64,000 bases of DNA, taken from positions 1,376,001-1,440,000 of the forward strand of contig OZ242296.1 of the NCBI GenBank assembly GCA_965207735.1, written 5' to 3'. Both the position numbers and the translations under genes were made by a program. The notes under the pieces are model-generated. The model had not been told where the DNA came from. It ran no database searches and was given only the letters and a program-made list of their open reading frames with translations. The stretch's first letter is position 1, and each line of letters begins with the position of its first letter. Positions 30,342 to 40,535 of this stretch are shown piece by piece. This DNA is from Candidatus Versatilivorator sp. GTDB lineage: Bacteria; Acidobacteriota; Terriglobia; Versatilivoradales; Versatilivoraceae.

Positions 30342-32336
30342 GTAGAGTCGAGGGGAGGCGCGCCGGCCTTAGATCGAGGGAGTCGCTGTTGCCGGCGGCT
30401 TTCGCCACTCGCCGGTGCCTCAATCTCGTTCCTCGCTGCGTTTCCTCGCCCCCGCTCGTCAAACCGGACGTGCGGTTTTCCCGCATCCGGCTTTCAGTCA
30501 AGATCATGCCTTCGCCCTCGGAAGGCTCTGTGGCTTCGACCCCAGGCAAGTGAGTCCATAGGTTTTCCATAGTCTCTCGTCCGAGAAGCGCACACTCCCC
30601 CCGGTCCTCACCTTGTGCTTCCGACAGAGCCACTGACGCAGCCGCCCGCCCGCGTGGCGGTCGATCGCTCGGTAGGCCGGGCTCACCTGCCCCAGAACGA
30701 AGTAGTTCGCCCACCCGGTCATCGCCCGGTTCAGGTGTTCTACCATCTGTCCTCGAAGCAGCGTCCCGTTCCTCGGCGCCGTCCACTCGCTGATCTTGCG
30801 GCAGATGCTCTGGACGCTCGCCTGGCTGGGTCGTGTGCCGATGTAGGCTCCTTTCCCTTTGGGGCGATAGTTGCGTCCGATGCGATATCCCAGAAACCCC
30901 ATCGGTTCCTCCGGACACCGCAAGCATCGGGTCTTCCGCTCGTTGACCGGTAGCTTCAGCTCCTCCATGATCCGCTTGACCGCCGTCAGCATCTCTGCCG
31001 CCGGTGCCCTGCCGAGTACACGGAAGTCATCCGCATAGTTGACGATCTCCGCACAGAAGCGCCGGGCATATCCCAGCACCTTCCAGCCCAAAACGAAGCG
31101 CCGCATGTAGAGATTGCTGAGCAACGGTGAGATCGGGGCTCCTTGCGGTGTCCCCTTCCGCTCCCGGCGCCCTCGGTTCCGGCGGCGTCTGCCACCCTTC
31201 CCGTCGTCCTCCTCCACCGGCATCTCCAGCCATGCCTTGATGAGCTTGAGCATCCTCCCGTCACTCACGCGCCGGGCAATGCTTCGAATCAGCTCCGCAT
31301 GCGGAATCTCGCCGAAGTAGTTGGACAGGTCGCCGTCAACCACCTCCTGGTAACCCCTTTGCAGGAGTTCATGCACGCGTTTGACCGCGTCGTTGGCACT
31401 CCGCCCCCGCCGATAGCCATATTGCTCCGGTTGCAGGTCCGCTTCGAAGATCGGCTCCAACACCAGCAAAGCCGCCGTCTGCGCTACCCGGTCCCGTATG
31501 CAGGGTATGCCCAAAGGCCGGAACTTGCCGGGCTGTTTCTTCGGGATCAGCACCTGCCGCACCGGCTTCGGTACGTAGGTTCCTTCCCTCAGGTCCCGCG
31601 CCAGTTCCCCCAGCCAGCCCTCCACCCCATACGCCTCGATGTCCTTGAAGCCCTCCCCGTCCACCCCGGCCGACCCGCCGTTTCGGCGTACCTGTGCCCA
31701 GGCTTCCTTCAGAAAGTCCTCTCGCCACACCTTGTCCGACAGCGCATGAAACCGCCGCTTGGGGTCCTCCTTCGCTTTCGCATGTAGCATGGTCTGGAAT
31801 TTCCGAACCCCCTCTGACCCTGTTAGACTCTTGTCAGTGGCCACGCCTTGCCTCCTTTCCATGCTGCTCTCAACTCAGGGTCCCTTCCCTCCACCGGCGT
31901 TACCCGGCTTCTCCGGTACTACCGACCCATCCGCCACCCTGACGGCCCGGCCTGCCCCTCGCGGGGTCCCGGTTGATGTGTGCCGCATCTCCCCCAGGGC
32001 TTCCCGTGTTGCTGCCTTCTTCCCCTTCCATGCGTGCCAGCGTCACTACCCCGACGGAAGCGGATCGGTGCCCGCGTCGCTCTCTTCCCCATCCGCCAAC
32101 GGCCTTCCCCTAAAGACAGGAGGGTCGGCTTCCGTATTGTCCGTTTCGAGGCCTGCTCGACGTTCACTCGCGTTCCGGCCCGCATGCTCGCTGAGCCGCC
32201 CTTGGCGGCCCTTGACCCCAGAGTGCTTCAGACCATTTCGTTACCTCCATGATCCGCCCTGGCTGCTACCAACCGGAGCGACAGTTGTTGGGCGGGGTTC
32301 GCACCCGCCAGAAGAAGGCGCCTTTCCACGGCGCAC
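30342..32336 (-). mobile_element. Group II intron 1 (RT-encoding, 1995 nt; class E/F-like, class uncertain)
   Basis: 5' GUGCG; domain V GAGAGCCGGAUGCGGGAAAACCGCACGUCCGGUUU; 3' CGACUCUAC; RT ORF in domain IV. Confidence 0.93.
30504..31862 (-). CDS. ltrA: Group II intron reverse transcriptase/maturase (no endonuclease domain)
   Basis: SAGVDG, RPLGIP.IRDR, GTPQGAPISPLL, YADD, FLGY, GWANYF. Confidence 0.95.
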   Translation of the reverse strand: MERRQGVATDKSLTGSEGVRKFQTMLHAKAKEDPKRRFHALSDKVWREDFLKEAWAQVRRNGGSAGVDGEGFKDIEAYGVEGWLGELARDLREGTYVPKPVRQVLIPKKQPGKFRPLGIPCIRDRVAQTAALLVLEPIFEADLQPEQYGYRRGRSANDAVKRVHELLQRGYQEVVDGDLSNYFGEIPHAELIRSIARRVSDGRMLKLIKAWLEMPVEEDDGKGGRRRRNRGRRERKGTPQGAPISPLLSNLYMRRFVLGWKVLGYARRFCAEIVNYADDFRVLGRAPAAEMLTAVKRIMEELKLPVNERKTRCLRCPEEPMGFLGYRIGRNYRPKGKGAYIGTRPSQASVQSICRKISEWTAPRNGTLLRGQMVEHLNRAMTGWANYFVLGQVSPAYRAIDRHAGGRLRQWLCRKHKVRTGGSVRFSDERLWKTYGLTCLGSKPQSLPRAKA

Positions 32337-32384
32337 TGCCCCTTCGTGGATAAGTCTTTTGTCTTTTGTCTTTTGTCGGTTGTT

Positions 32385-32762
32385 TCAGGCAAGCCCACCG
32401 CTGACCGGATTCCCCGACGCCACCCACTCCTTGTAGCCTCCCGCCATGGAGAACACGTTTCGGTAACCCATTCGCTGCAAGGCGTCGGCGGACAGCGCCG
32501 ACCGGTACCCCCCGCCGCAATAGAGAACAATCTCGGCGTCAGGGTCGGGCACCAGCGCCTCGATATCCCTTTCGATGATTCCCTTCCCCAGGTGGACGGC
32601 GCCCTCCGCATGCCCGCGAGACCATTCATGATCCTCGCGGATATCGACGAAGTGAAGGGACTGCCCCTTTTTCAGCTTTTCCCGCACCGCAGTTACCGAA
32701 ACCTCTCGAATTCGGGACTTGGCATCGTCGACCACCCGCAAAAAAGCCGCTGAGTGCTGCAT
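32385..32762 (-). CDS. Rhodanese-like sulfurtransferase
   Basis: DIREDHEW..GH, VLYCGGGYRSA, SMAGGY; ATG at 32762 (MQHSAAF). Confidence 0.9.
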   Translation of the reverse strand: MQHSAAFLRVVDDAKSRIREVSVTAVREKLKKGQSLHFVDIREDHEWSRGHAEGAVHLGKGIIERDIEALVPDPDAEIVLYCGGGYRSALSADALQRMGYRNVFSMAGGYKEWVASGNPVSGGLA

Positions 32763-32850
32763 TCCCCTACTCCTCGATCCCGACCACCCCCGGTTGCCGG
32801 CAGTGGAAGCCTCCCTCAAAATCGGAACAGCGATCCGCCTTCATCGAAAC

Positions 32851-33738
32851 TTATCGCGACACTACCTCCAACCCCGCTTCCACCGAAGCGGAAGCCGGGG
32901 CAAGGCGTTGGAAATCAAACAGCCCGGCATCCATCAGGTGCGAAGGGATCACATGCTTGAGAGCGGCCAGCATGGAGTCCCCGACTCTGGGATTCTCCGC
33001 CTGCAGCCGGGCGATCAACTCCTTGACCTCCTGACGCTTGAGATCCGGCTGAGAGCCGCAGAGGTCGCAGGGAATGATGGGATAGCCCATGTGGGAGGCG
33101 AAGCGGGCCAGATCGACCTCGCGGCAAAAGGTCAGCGGCCGGATGACGGTGTTGCGACCATCGTCGCTTCTCAAAACGGGAGGCATGGACTTCAACACCC
33201 CCCCATAAAACAGGTTCAGAAGCAGTGTCTCCAGAATGTCGTCGGCGTGATGACCCAGGGCGATCTTGTTGCACTCCATCTCGACGGCGGCATTGTAGAG
33301 GATGCCCCGACGCAGGCGTGAACAGAGCGAGCAGGCGGTGCCACCCTCCGGAATGTGAGACTGAACGATGGAATAGGTGTCCTTGGCCAGAATGCGGTAC
33401 TCCTGTCCCAGGTGTTGTAGATATTCGGGCAGCACCTCGGCGGGAAACCCCGGCTGCCTCTGGTCCAGATTGACGGCCACCATCGAGAAGGTGACCGGAG
33501 CCCGCTTCCGCAGGTCTCTCAGCAGCGTCAACAGGGCGTAGCTGTCCTTGCCTCCGCTCAGGCAGACCATGATCCGATCGCCCTCCGAGATCATGGAAAA
33601 GTCGGCGATCGCCTGCCCCACCTTTCTCAGAAGCCGCCGCCTCAGGCGTGGCAGATCCCCGCTGGAGGGTCTGCAAGCGGACGGCCCGGGCGCCGCGCCC
33701 GCCGTCCTCTGCTTGGGAAGCGTGTCATAGAGTCTCAA
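32851..33738 (-). CDS. ttcA: tRNA 2-thiocytidine(32) synthetase
   Basis: SGGKDS PP-loop, [25 protein letters not shown]; start uncertain. Confidence 0.93.
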   Translation of the reverse strand: MRLYDTLPKQRTAGAAPGPSACRPSSGDLPRLRRRLLRKVGQAIADFSMISEGDRIMVCLSGGKDSYALLTLLRDLRKRAPVTFSMVAVNLDQRQPGFPAEVLPEYLQHLGQEYRILAKDTYSIVQSHIPEGGTACSLCSRLRRGILYNAAVEMECNKIALGHHADDILETLLLNLFYGGVLKSMPPVLRSDDGRNTVIRPLTFCREVDLARFASHMGYPIIPCDLCGSQPDLKRQEVKELIARLQAENPRVGDSMLAALKHVIPSHLMDAGLFDFQRLAPASASVEAGLEVVSR

Positions 33739-34822
33739 CCGTTTCCTCCAAGCGCACGTAGTCCGCCTTTCGCTTTACCGGCTGGAACCCTTCGGACAGG
33801 ATGGCCTCGCGCAAAATATCTTCCGTGGCCCGGTGGTGAGCGCCGGCCGGCGTGATCACGTTTTCCTCGATCATGATGCTGCCCATGTCGTTGGCTCCAT
33901 GATGGAGTCCCTGCCTTCCCACCTCGACGCCCTGGGTCAGCCAGGATACCTGGATGTTGGGGATGTTGGGCAGGCAAATTCTGGCGAGTGCCAACCAGCG
34001 CAGATACTCTTCGCTCGTCTCTCGATCGGGGACCTTGCGACTGATCTTGGTGTTGTCGGGCTGCAGCGTCCAGGGGATGAAGGCCACAAAGCCGCCCGTC
34101 CGCCGCTGCAGCTCGTAGATGCGCTCCAGGTGCCGGATGCGGTGCTCCGGAGTTTCACCCATCCCGAACATCATGGTGGCCGTGCTGGGCAATCCCAGGC
34201 CGTGGGCGACCTCCATGACCTCCAGCCACTCGGCGGTGTTGCACTTGTTGGTGTTCTTTCTCCTGACCTCATCCACCAGAATCTCGGCCCCGCCTCCCGG
34301 AATCGAGTCAAGCCCCGCTGCCTTCAGCCTGAGCAGAACTTCCCGGGTGTCCATTGCGAAGATCCGGGTAAAGGCGTGGATCTCCGGCGGAGAGAAGCAG
34401 TGGAGGTGGATTCGGTACCGCCGCTTCAGCTCGCTCAGGAGCCGCTCGTACCATTCCAGCGGAAGGTCGGGGTGGAGCCCGCCCTGCATGAGAATGCCGC
34501 TGCCGCCAAGCTCCAGGGTCTCCTCGACTTTTTCAAAAATCTGCTGGTGGCTCAGGACATAACCTTCGCTGGAGCCGGGCGGCCGGTAAAAGGCGCAAAA
34601 GGTGCAGACGGCCGAACAGATATTGCTGTAGTTGATGTTGCGGTCCACCACGTAGGTGACCACGTCGTCGGGATGAAGGCGGCGCCGGATGCGGTCGGCC
34701 GTCTCCTGCAATCGGGCCAGTGGAGCCCCCCTGGCCAGAAGGCCGTATGCCTGCGGACTCAGGTGCTCCTCCTCGGCACGGGTGAGGCAATCCTGCACGT
34801 TCATGGCCGCAAATGGGTCCAC
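33725..34822 (-). CDS. mqnC: Radical SAM protein of the CofH/MqnC family (cyclic dehypoxanthine futalosine synthase-like)
   Basis: [39 protein letters not shown]. Confidence 0.8.
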   Translation of the reverse strand: MDPFAAMNVQDCLTRAEEEHLSPQAYGLLARGAPLARLQETADRIRRRLHPDDVVTYVVDRNINYSNICSAVCTFCAFYRPPGSSEGYVLSHQQIFEKVEETLELGGSGILMQGGLHPDLPLEWYERLLSELKRRYRIHLHCFSPPEIHAFTRIFAMDTREVLLRLKAAGLDSIPGGGAEILVDEVRRKNTNKCNTAEWLEVMEVAHGLGLPSTATMMFGMGETPEHRIRHLERIYELQRRTGGFVAFIPWTLQPDNTKISRKVPDRETSEEYLRWLALARICLPNIPNIQVSWLTQGVEVGRQGLHHGANDMGSIMIEENVITPAGAHHRATEDILREAILSEGFQPVKRKADYVRLEETVETL

Positions 34823-34830
34823 TTCCGCAG

Positions 34831-36690
34831 TTACCGTCCTTCCAGAGTGGCCGTGAAACTCATTTCCCTGCCGTCACGCACCACTGAAATCTCTACCTCA
34901 TCCCCCGGTCGATGCTCCTGCAGGAGGTAAGTCAGGTCGTATATGTTGGTGATCTTTTTCCCCGACCACCCCACGATGAGATCGCCGGACCGCAATCCGC
35001 ACTTGGACGCCGGACTTCCCTCTCGTACACCGGTAAGCCGGACCCCCTCGACCTCCTCGCCGTAGTCGGGAATAATCCCCAGCGTCACCCTGAATCCGGT
35101 TCTGCCCGATTCCCGGGGCTCACCGGCCGTTTTCCGGAAGGCAGGCCGCTGCTCCATCGAACGGATGGACCTGGCAGTCTGAAAGATGAACTCCACGACG
35201 CGGGCGATCGAATCCGGCTCAATCTTATCATAGTCATCACTGGGCTTATGGTAGTCCCCGTGGACCCCGGTGAAGAAAAAGAGCACCGGAATATCGCGGC
35301 CGTAGAACGAGGAATGATCGCTGGGGCCGAACCCTCCCTCGCGATATTTGAGCTCCAGGTCCGCATCCTCGTTCAGTTGAGTCAGCAGGTCCCTCCAGCC
35401 CGGCGAGCTGCCCGTACCGCCGACGATCAATCGCGTGCCTTGCATGCGCCCGATCATGTCCATGTTGATCATGGCCACGGTCTTCTCCAGGGGCACCACC
35501 GGATGGTTGACGTAATGCCGAGAACCCAGCAGGCCCTGCTCTTCGCCGCTGAAGGCCAGAAAGAGGACGCCGCGGCCCGGTTGATCCTTCCGGGATGCCA
35601 GCGTCCCGGCCAGCTCCAGCAGTCCGGCCGTGCCCGAGGCATTGTCGTCGGCGCCGTTGTGGACCTCACTCCCGGGCTTGGCTGCCAGCGAACTCACCTC
35701 ACCCATTCCGAGATGGTCGAAGTGAGCCCCGATTGCCAGGACCTCCTCGGCCAGGTCGCCTTTGCCTTTCAGAAACCCCACCACGTTCCGAGCTGAACGG
35801 GTCTCCTTGACCAGGTCCGCGCGGAATTTCAGGCGAACGCCCGGCATATCGGCGGCACTGCCCTTGCGGCTTCGGGCAGTCTCCTCCAGGTCATCCAGGT
35901 TCAAGCCGGCTTTGGCCAGGATCCGGCGGGCAGAGGGACGACTGATGGCCAGAGCGGCAATGCCCGAATCGGCGAAAGAGCGGTCGAATCTGAGCTTGGA
36001 GAGCGAACTCCCGGAAAAATCTTCCGAGTCGTTCACGAAGACAATGCCGGTGGCGCCCCGGTCCCGAGCCGTTTGGGCCTTATAGCGCAGGGCATGGTAG
36101 CGTCCGAATTGCCCGTGGGGATCGTCTCCCTCGGGGCCGTAGCGCAGGGCGAAGACGAATTTCCCCTTCACATCCCTATTCCGATAATCGTCGTACTGGA
36201 GCGACGGCGCGGAAATGCCGTATCCCACAAACTGTGCCGCGCCCTCGAACTGCCCGCTCAACGAGAAGGAAACCGGTGTGAAGTCGCTGCCCGGCTCCAG
36301 ATCTCTCCCTCCACCCTCCTGGCTTGAGGAGCCACCCTTCCCCCAGGCCACCTCCAGGGTATTGGCGGAACCCAACCGCACCCCGGAGACGAAGGAGAAT
36401 TCCTGAAAGTAGCTGCCTTCGTCACCCAACGGCAGCAGATTCCGCCGGGCGAACTGTTCCGCGATGTAGCGGGCCGCCTTCTCCGCCCCCGGGCTTCCGG
36501 CAAGCCGTCCTTCCAACTCGTCGGAGGCCAGATACCGGATGTGCGGCATCAGTCTTTCAGCCGAAACGGCCCCCGTGGCCGGTGCCGGAATGGTAGAACG
36601 GAAATGCCAATTGCCGATCGGCACCAGGGCGGCCGGCAGCAGTAGAGTGGCCCACAAGATCCAATTTTTTCGGTTCAATGCAATCCTCAT
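34831..36690 (-). CDS. M28 family peptidase with PA and PDZ domains
   Basis: [37 protein letters not shown]; C-terminal LGIIPD/SPA PDZ. Confidence 0.88.
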   Translation of the reverse strand: MRIALNRKNWILWATLLLPAALVPIGNWHFRSTIPAPATGAVSAERLMPHIRYLASDELEGRLAGSPGAEKAARYIAEQFARRNLLPLGDEGSYFQEFSFVSGVRLGSANTLEVAWGKGGSSSQEGGGRDLEPGSDFTPVSFSLSGQFEGAAQFVGYGISAPSLQYDDYRNRDVKGKFVFALRYGPEGDDPHGQFGRYHALRYKAQTARDRGATGIVFVNDSEDFSGSSLSKLRFDRSFADSGIAALAISRPSARRILAKAGLNLDDLEETARSRKGSAADMPGVRLKFRADLVKETRSARNVVGFLKGKGDLAEEVLAIGAHFDHLGMGEVSSLAAKPGSEVHNGADDNASGTAGLLELAGTLASRKDQPGRGVLFLAFSGEEQGLLGSRHYVNHPVVPLEKTVAMINMDMIGRMQGTRLIVGGTGSSPGWRDLLTQLNEDADLELKYREGGFGPSDHSSFYGRDIPVLFFFTGVHGDYHKPSDDYDKIEPDSIARVVEFIFQTARSIRSMEQRPAFRKTAGEPRESGRTGFRVTLGIIPDYGEEVEGVRLTGVREGSPASKCGLRSGDLIVGWSGKKITNIYDLTYLLQEHRPGDEVEISVVRDGREMSFTATLEGR

Positions 36691-36765
36691 CGTCAATATC
36701 GCGGATCAATCTCACCGCCTAAGACGGCAGCCTGGAAATGCTCTTGGACGACCCTGAATCCAGGT

Positions 36766-37872
36766 TCAGTGGGAGGACCCGGCCCCCGCGACGGGGAGAA
36801 CAGACAGCATTTCCCAGCCTTTCTCCTCTCGAGGCACAAAATAGTAGGCCTGCACCTGGGGAAATCGCTTCAGATAGCTTCGGGCCTTTTCGGGCCCCAT
36901 CACAAAAAGCGCATTGTCCAGGGCATCGCCCTCCGTTCCGGACCCGGCCACCACGGCGACGCTGAGAAGACCCTGGACCGGGCGGCCTGTTCTGGGGTCC
37001 ATGATATGGGAATAGGTCACGCCCTCGCGGACGAACGAATTCTCATAGCTGCCGGAAATGGACAAGCACTGATTCTCCAGCGAGACGGTGAGAGCGCTCC
37101 TTTGGGGGTTGCGCGGAGAAACCGGGTCTCGAACCTTGACCTTCCAGGCGGTCTTCCCGGGCGGAGTTCCCAGCCCGAAGACCGTGCTGCTGCCAGCGCT
37201 GACCAGGGCGCTTTCGATTCGGTATTCTCTCAGCAGGCTCACCACCCGGTCCACCGCATACCCCTTGGCTATGCCTCCCAGGTCCAGAGCCATGCCCTCC
37301 CGAAGGAACCGGACGGTGCGACGGCCGGGATCGAGGCTCAGCTTGCGGTAACCCACCGTCTGAAGGGCGTTGCGAAGCTCCCTCTCCGGCGGCAGCCGAC
37401 CCGGGCCGCCGAAGAATCCCCAAGCCTTCATCAAGGGCTGAACGGTCACGTCGAAGGCGCCTTGGGACTGCCGGCTGAAGGCCAGGCATCGTTGCAGAAA
37501 GTCGAACAGCTCCGGCTCCACCAGGACCGCTTCCCGACCTGCTCGACGGTTGATGAAGGAGACAGAGCTGTTTCGCTTGTAGACGCTCATCAGGCGGTCG
37601 ATGCGATCCACCTCATCGAAGGCGCTCTCCGCCACCAGGGGCAGGTCGTCCCGGCCGGCTCCGTAGAGCTGAATCCCGTAGGTGGTGCCCATGGAGACAT
37701 GGCTGCCGCGGTAGTGGGCCACCGCCGGACCCGAACCGAGCGCACCGAGGCTGCAAAAAAGGGTCGGCGCCCCCACCAGGAACACCAGAATCGGCGCCAG
37801 CCCGCATTTCTCACCAGGCCGCTGGTGCCATGACGAAAAGTAGTTTATCTTCAGTACTTTGATTGGCTCCAT
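36766..37872 (-). CDS. apbE: FAD:protein FMN transferase, N-terminus interrupted by a MITE and intron (original start near 38931)
   Basis: SMGT, DLGGIAKGYAVD, SHIMDPRTG; upstream end of the open frame lies inside the MITE, with a candidate ATG at 37872. Confidence 0.85.
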   Translation of the reverse strand: MEPIKVLKINYFSSWHQRPGEKCGLAPILVFLVGAPTLFCSLGALGSGPAVAHYRGSHVSMGTTYGIQLYGAGRDDLPLVAESAFDEVDRIDRLMSVYKRNSSVSFINRRAGREAVLVEPELFDFLQRCLAFSRQSQGAFDVTVQPLMKAWGFFGGPGRLPPERELRNALQTVGYRKLSLDPGRRTVRFLREGMALDLGGIAKGYAVDRVVSLLREYRIESALVSAGSSTVFGLGTPPGKTAWKVKVRDPVSPRNPQRSALTVSLENQCLSISGSYENSFVREGVTYSHIMDPRTGRPVQGLLSVAVVAGSGTEGDALDNALFVMGPEKARSYLKRFPQVQAYYFVPREEKGWEMLSVLPVAGAGSSH

Positions 37873-38914
37873 GGTAAGGGCTTGTGGGTAACAGACGGCG
37901 CTGGGCATGCCCTGGCTTGTCTTTTTCCCTTCAGCGCGCACATGCTCCCTCGCACGTAGTGACCGCTACGCTCTTCGGTCGCGAGCACGCCCTGAAGGGA
38001 AAAATCCTGCGCCATGTTCATGCCCCCTGGGTAGAGTCGAGGACTGGCGCGTTGACTATAGGGTCCGGTGGCTATTCCGTCGCTTTCGCTTCGTGCCTCA
38101 GTCCGGCTCCCTTATCACGTTTCCAGTCCCCGCTCTCCGAACCGGACGTGCGGTTTTCCCGCATCTCGGCTCTCCAGTGGGATCATGCGTCTCGCACACA
38201 GGTCCCCGCTCGCATCCGTGGACGACTCCTATGGGATTGGCACCCGTCCCCCACTCCATCCACTTCCGCTCCCGGGTTGCCGCCAGGCCTGTTGATGCCC
38301 TGACGACGCCGTCCTCCTCCGACGACCCTTTCACTTTTGCATGTGATGCTTCCGGAGTCTCCGGCCCTTTTTTGGTCGGGGTTTCAGGCTTTCGCCACTC
38401 CCGGGACCCTTCCCCCTTCGGTCACCGCTCCTCACCTGAGGCCCCTTCCCTCCACCGGTATTACCCGGCTTCTCCGGTACTACAGGCCTCTCCGCCACCC
38501 TGTCGGCCTAGACTGACTCTCGCGAGCTTCCGGTTCGGTGCGTGCCTCACCACCCACAGGGCTTCCCATGTTGCTGCCTTCTTCCCCTTCCATGCGTGCC
38601 AGCGCCACTACCCCGGCGGGTCCAAAGGGGTGCCCGCGTCGCTCGCTTCCCCCTCCGTCTTCGGCCTTCCCCATTTCTCAGGTGGGTCGGCCCCCGCATT
38701 GCCCGTTTCGAGGCCTGCTCGACGTTCACTCGCGTTCCGGCCCGCATGCTCGCTGAACCGCCTTAAGCGGCCCTTTGACACCAGAGGGCTTCAGACCATA
38801 TCGTTACCTCCATGATCCGCCCTGGCTGCTACCAACCGGAGCGACAGTTGTTGGACGGGTTTCGCACCCGTTGGAAGAAGGCGCCTTTCCATGGCGCACT
38901 GAGAAATGCGGGCT
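37799..38914. mobile_element. MITE (247 bp without the intron) with 20-bp TIRs AGCCCGCATTTCTCACCAGG; right TIR split by intron 2
   Basis: Left TIR at 37799-37818; right TIR = 38026-38030 plus 38900-38914; internal inverted repeat TTTTTCCCTTCAG / CTGAAGGGAAAAA. Confidence 0.85.
38031..38899 (-). mobile_element. Group II intron 2 (ORF-less, 869 nt)
   Basis: 5' GUGCGCC; domains I-III highly similar to intron 1; domain V GAGAGCCGAGAUGCGGGAAAACCGCACGUCCGGUUC; 3' CGACUCUAC; short domain IV with no RT. Confidence 0.9.
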
Positions 38915-39016
38915 AGCCACCGCATCGCCATCGCAGGATACTCTGTTCGCAAATCGATAGGGAGTTGGACCACTAAACGGGAGGGATAGGTCGGTGCGGT
39001 CGGCACCAGGAGTCGG

Positions 39017-40396
39017 CTACACTTTTTGGGTCATCAGCTCTTGTTCCGGCTCTCCGGACTGGCGTCCCGGCCAAACCACCCGTTCCTTCCCGTCCATGGC
39101 CCGATTGGCGTAGATCACCGCCCGGGAGTCGGCGGCACCCACGTCCAGATCCGCCAGCGGCTTCTTGCCCTGGCGAATGCACTCGAAGAAATGCTCGTCC
39201 TCGGCCTGAATGGGATTGCGCTCGCGCTCGACCTCGATCACACCCAGCTCAACCAGCCAGCGGCGGGCATGCTCGACTTCGCGAGCCACAAATCCCTCGG
39301 ACTCGGCAGGAGGCTCAGACTGAATGGGAACCCCTTTGGCCTTCTGAAGGATGGTGGCTCCCGCCATCCAGTCCAGCTCTTTGGGAATTGCGGAAGACTC
39401 TCCGGCGGCGGGGGCGCCCCGAGCCAGTTTCTGGGGATAGAAGGTGGCTCGGGGATCGTTGCGTCCCAGTGTGATTTCAAGGGTTCCCCGATCTCCCAGG
39501 ATGGTTTCCGAGAACTCCAGATGCCGGTTGTGTCCGATGGCGCTGAAGAGGAACTTCTGTCCCCGGGGATATTGGTAAATCACGGCCACGTTGTCGAAGA
39601 TCTCCCGGCCATCCTTCCAGTAGTCGTTGCCTCCGACTCCGGTGACGCTGACCGGTTCCGACTCAAAGGCCCAATTGGCCACGTCCGCCATGTGGGACCC
39701 GAGTTCGGCCATCAGGCCACCCGAGTATTTCCGGTACATCCTCCAGTTGATGCTTCGTTCCAGCCCGGGATCCGGTACCGGACGGCGCCAACTGGTATTG
39801 CGGTGCCACTGGGCCCGGATGGTCATCACACGACCCAACACTCCCGTGTGAATCATGCGCATGGCGTTGCGGTAAACCCCGCTGTAGCGCCGCTGAAGTC
39901 CCACCTGCAGAACCAGCTCGGGGTGGCGATCCTTGGCCTCGTAGACCATGGGGATCTCGGCTTCCTCCTTCATCAGGCACTTCTCGACAAAGACGTGCTT
40001 TCCGGCGCTCAGGGCCTCCAGCAGCATGGGAACGTGCAGGTGGTAGGGGGTAGTGATGAAAACCGCCTCGACGTCCTTGCGCTCCAGCACGCGCCGGTAG
40101 TCGCCCGACTCGGTATCCGGCCGACCGCCGATCTCCTGCACCCCCTTGGCCAGGTTGGGAGCATGGGTATCGCACAGCACGGCGCATCGTCCGGATTTCA
40201 GGGTGCTCAAGTTCCTCAAGTGGTTTCTCCCCTGGGAGCCCGTGCCGATCAGGGCGTACACCACGGGCGAGTCCAGGCTCCGGGCAGAAATGATGGCGGG
40301 AGCCGCCACCTGGGAGGCCGCGGCTGCCGCGGCTGTCACGGAATTCTTCAGAAAGCCGCGACGGTTCATGGACGAACCATGCCGGCGGTCAGACAT
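39017..40396 (-). CDS. Gfo/Idh/MocA family oxidoreductase with Tat signal
   Basis: NRRGFLK, IGTGSQG, HVFVEK, VGLQRR, SGGLMAELGSH. Confidence 0.9.
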   Translation of the reverse strand: MSDRRHGSSMNRRGFLKNSVTAAAAAASQVAAPAIISARSLDSPVVYALIGTGSQGRNHLRNLSTLKSGRCAVLCDTHAPNLAKGVQEIGGRPDTESGDYRRVLERKDVEAVFITTPYHLHVPMLLEALSAGKHVFVEKCLMKEEAEIPMVYEAKDRHPELVLQVGLQRRYSGVYRNAMRMIHTGVLGRVMTIRAQWHRNTSWRRPVPDPGLERSINWRMYRKYSGGLMAELGSHMADVANWAFESEPVSVTGVGGNDYWKDGREIFDNVAVIYQYPRGQKFLFSAIGHNRHLEFSETILGDRGTLEITLGRNDPRATFYPQKLARGAPAAGESSAIPKELDWMAGATILQKAKGVPIQSEPPAESEGFVAREVEHARRWLVELGVIEVERERNPIQAEDEHFFECIRQGKKPLADLDVGAADSRAVIYANRAMDGKERVVWPGRQSGEPEQELMTQKV

Positions 40397-40535
40397 TCAA
40401 TTCCCCCTCTTGAATCCCAGCCCGGCGCGATCGAGCCGATCGATGAAACACAACCGTGACTCACCTGCAACACGAACTATCACAGTTTAGTCCCTTTCAC
40501 CCCCAAACCAAAGTCCAGGCTGTATAATCCTCACA

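Larger units (their letters stand above)
30202..32393 (-). repeat. Non-coding repeat cassette A, copy 2 (197 bp after intron removal), host of group II intron 1
   Basis: Spliced exons reconstruct the same sequence as 19765-20277; bounded by CTTGCCTGAAACAA / CTTGTCTAAAACAA. Confidence 0.8.

Noticed and set aside
30504-31862. RT as a retron, DGR or defence RT
   Set aside because: It lies within a complete group II intron RNA and has a maturase domain; the similarity to 38031-38899 is intron scaffold, not a TR/VR pair
38693-38700. EBS2 in intron 2 (UGCGGG could pair with CCCGCA at exon positions -13 to -8)
   Set aside because: The equivalent segment of intron 1 (UACGGA) pairs poorly with its own exon and looks like conserved scaffold, so it cannot be claimed without more copies
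37884-38815. ORFs of 139-302 aa across the MITE and intron 2 (also 20320-20808 and 31759-32436)
   Set aside because: They are translations of structured non-coding repeat or intron sequence, with no RBS or protein signature
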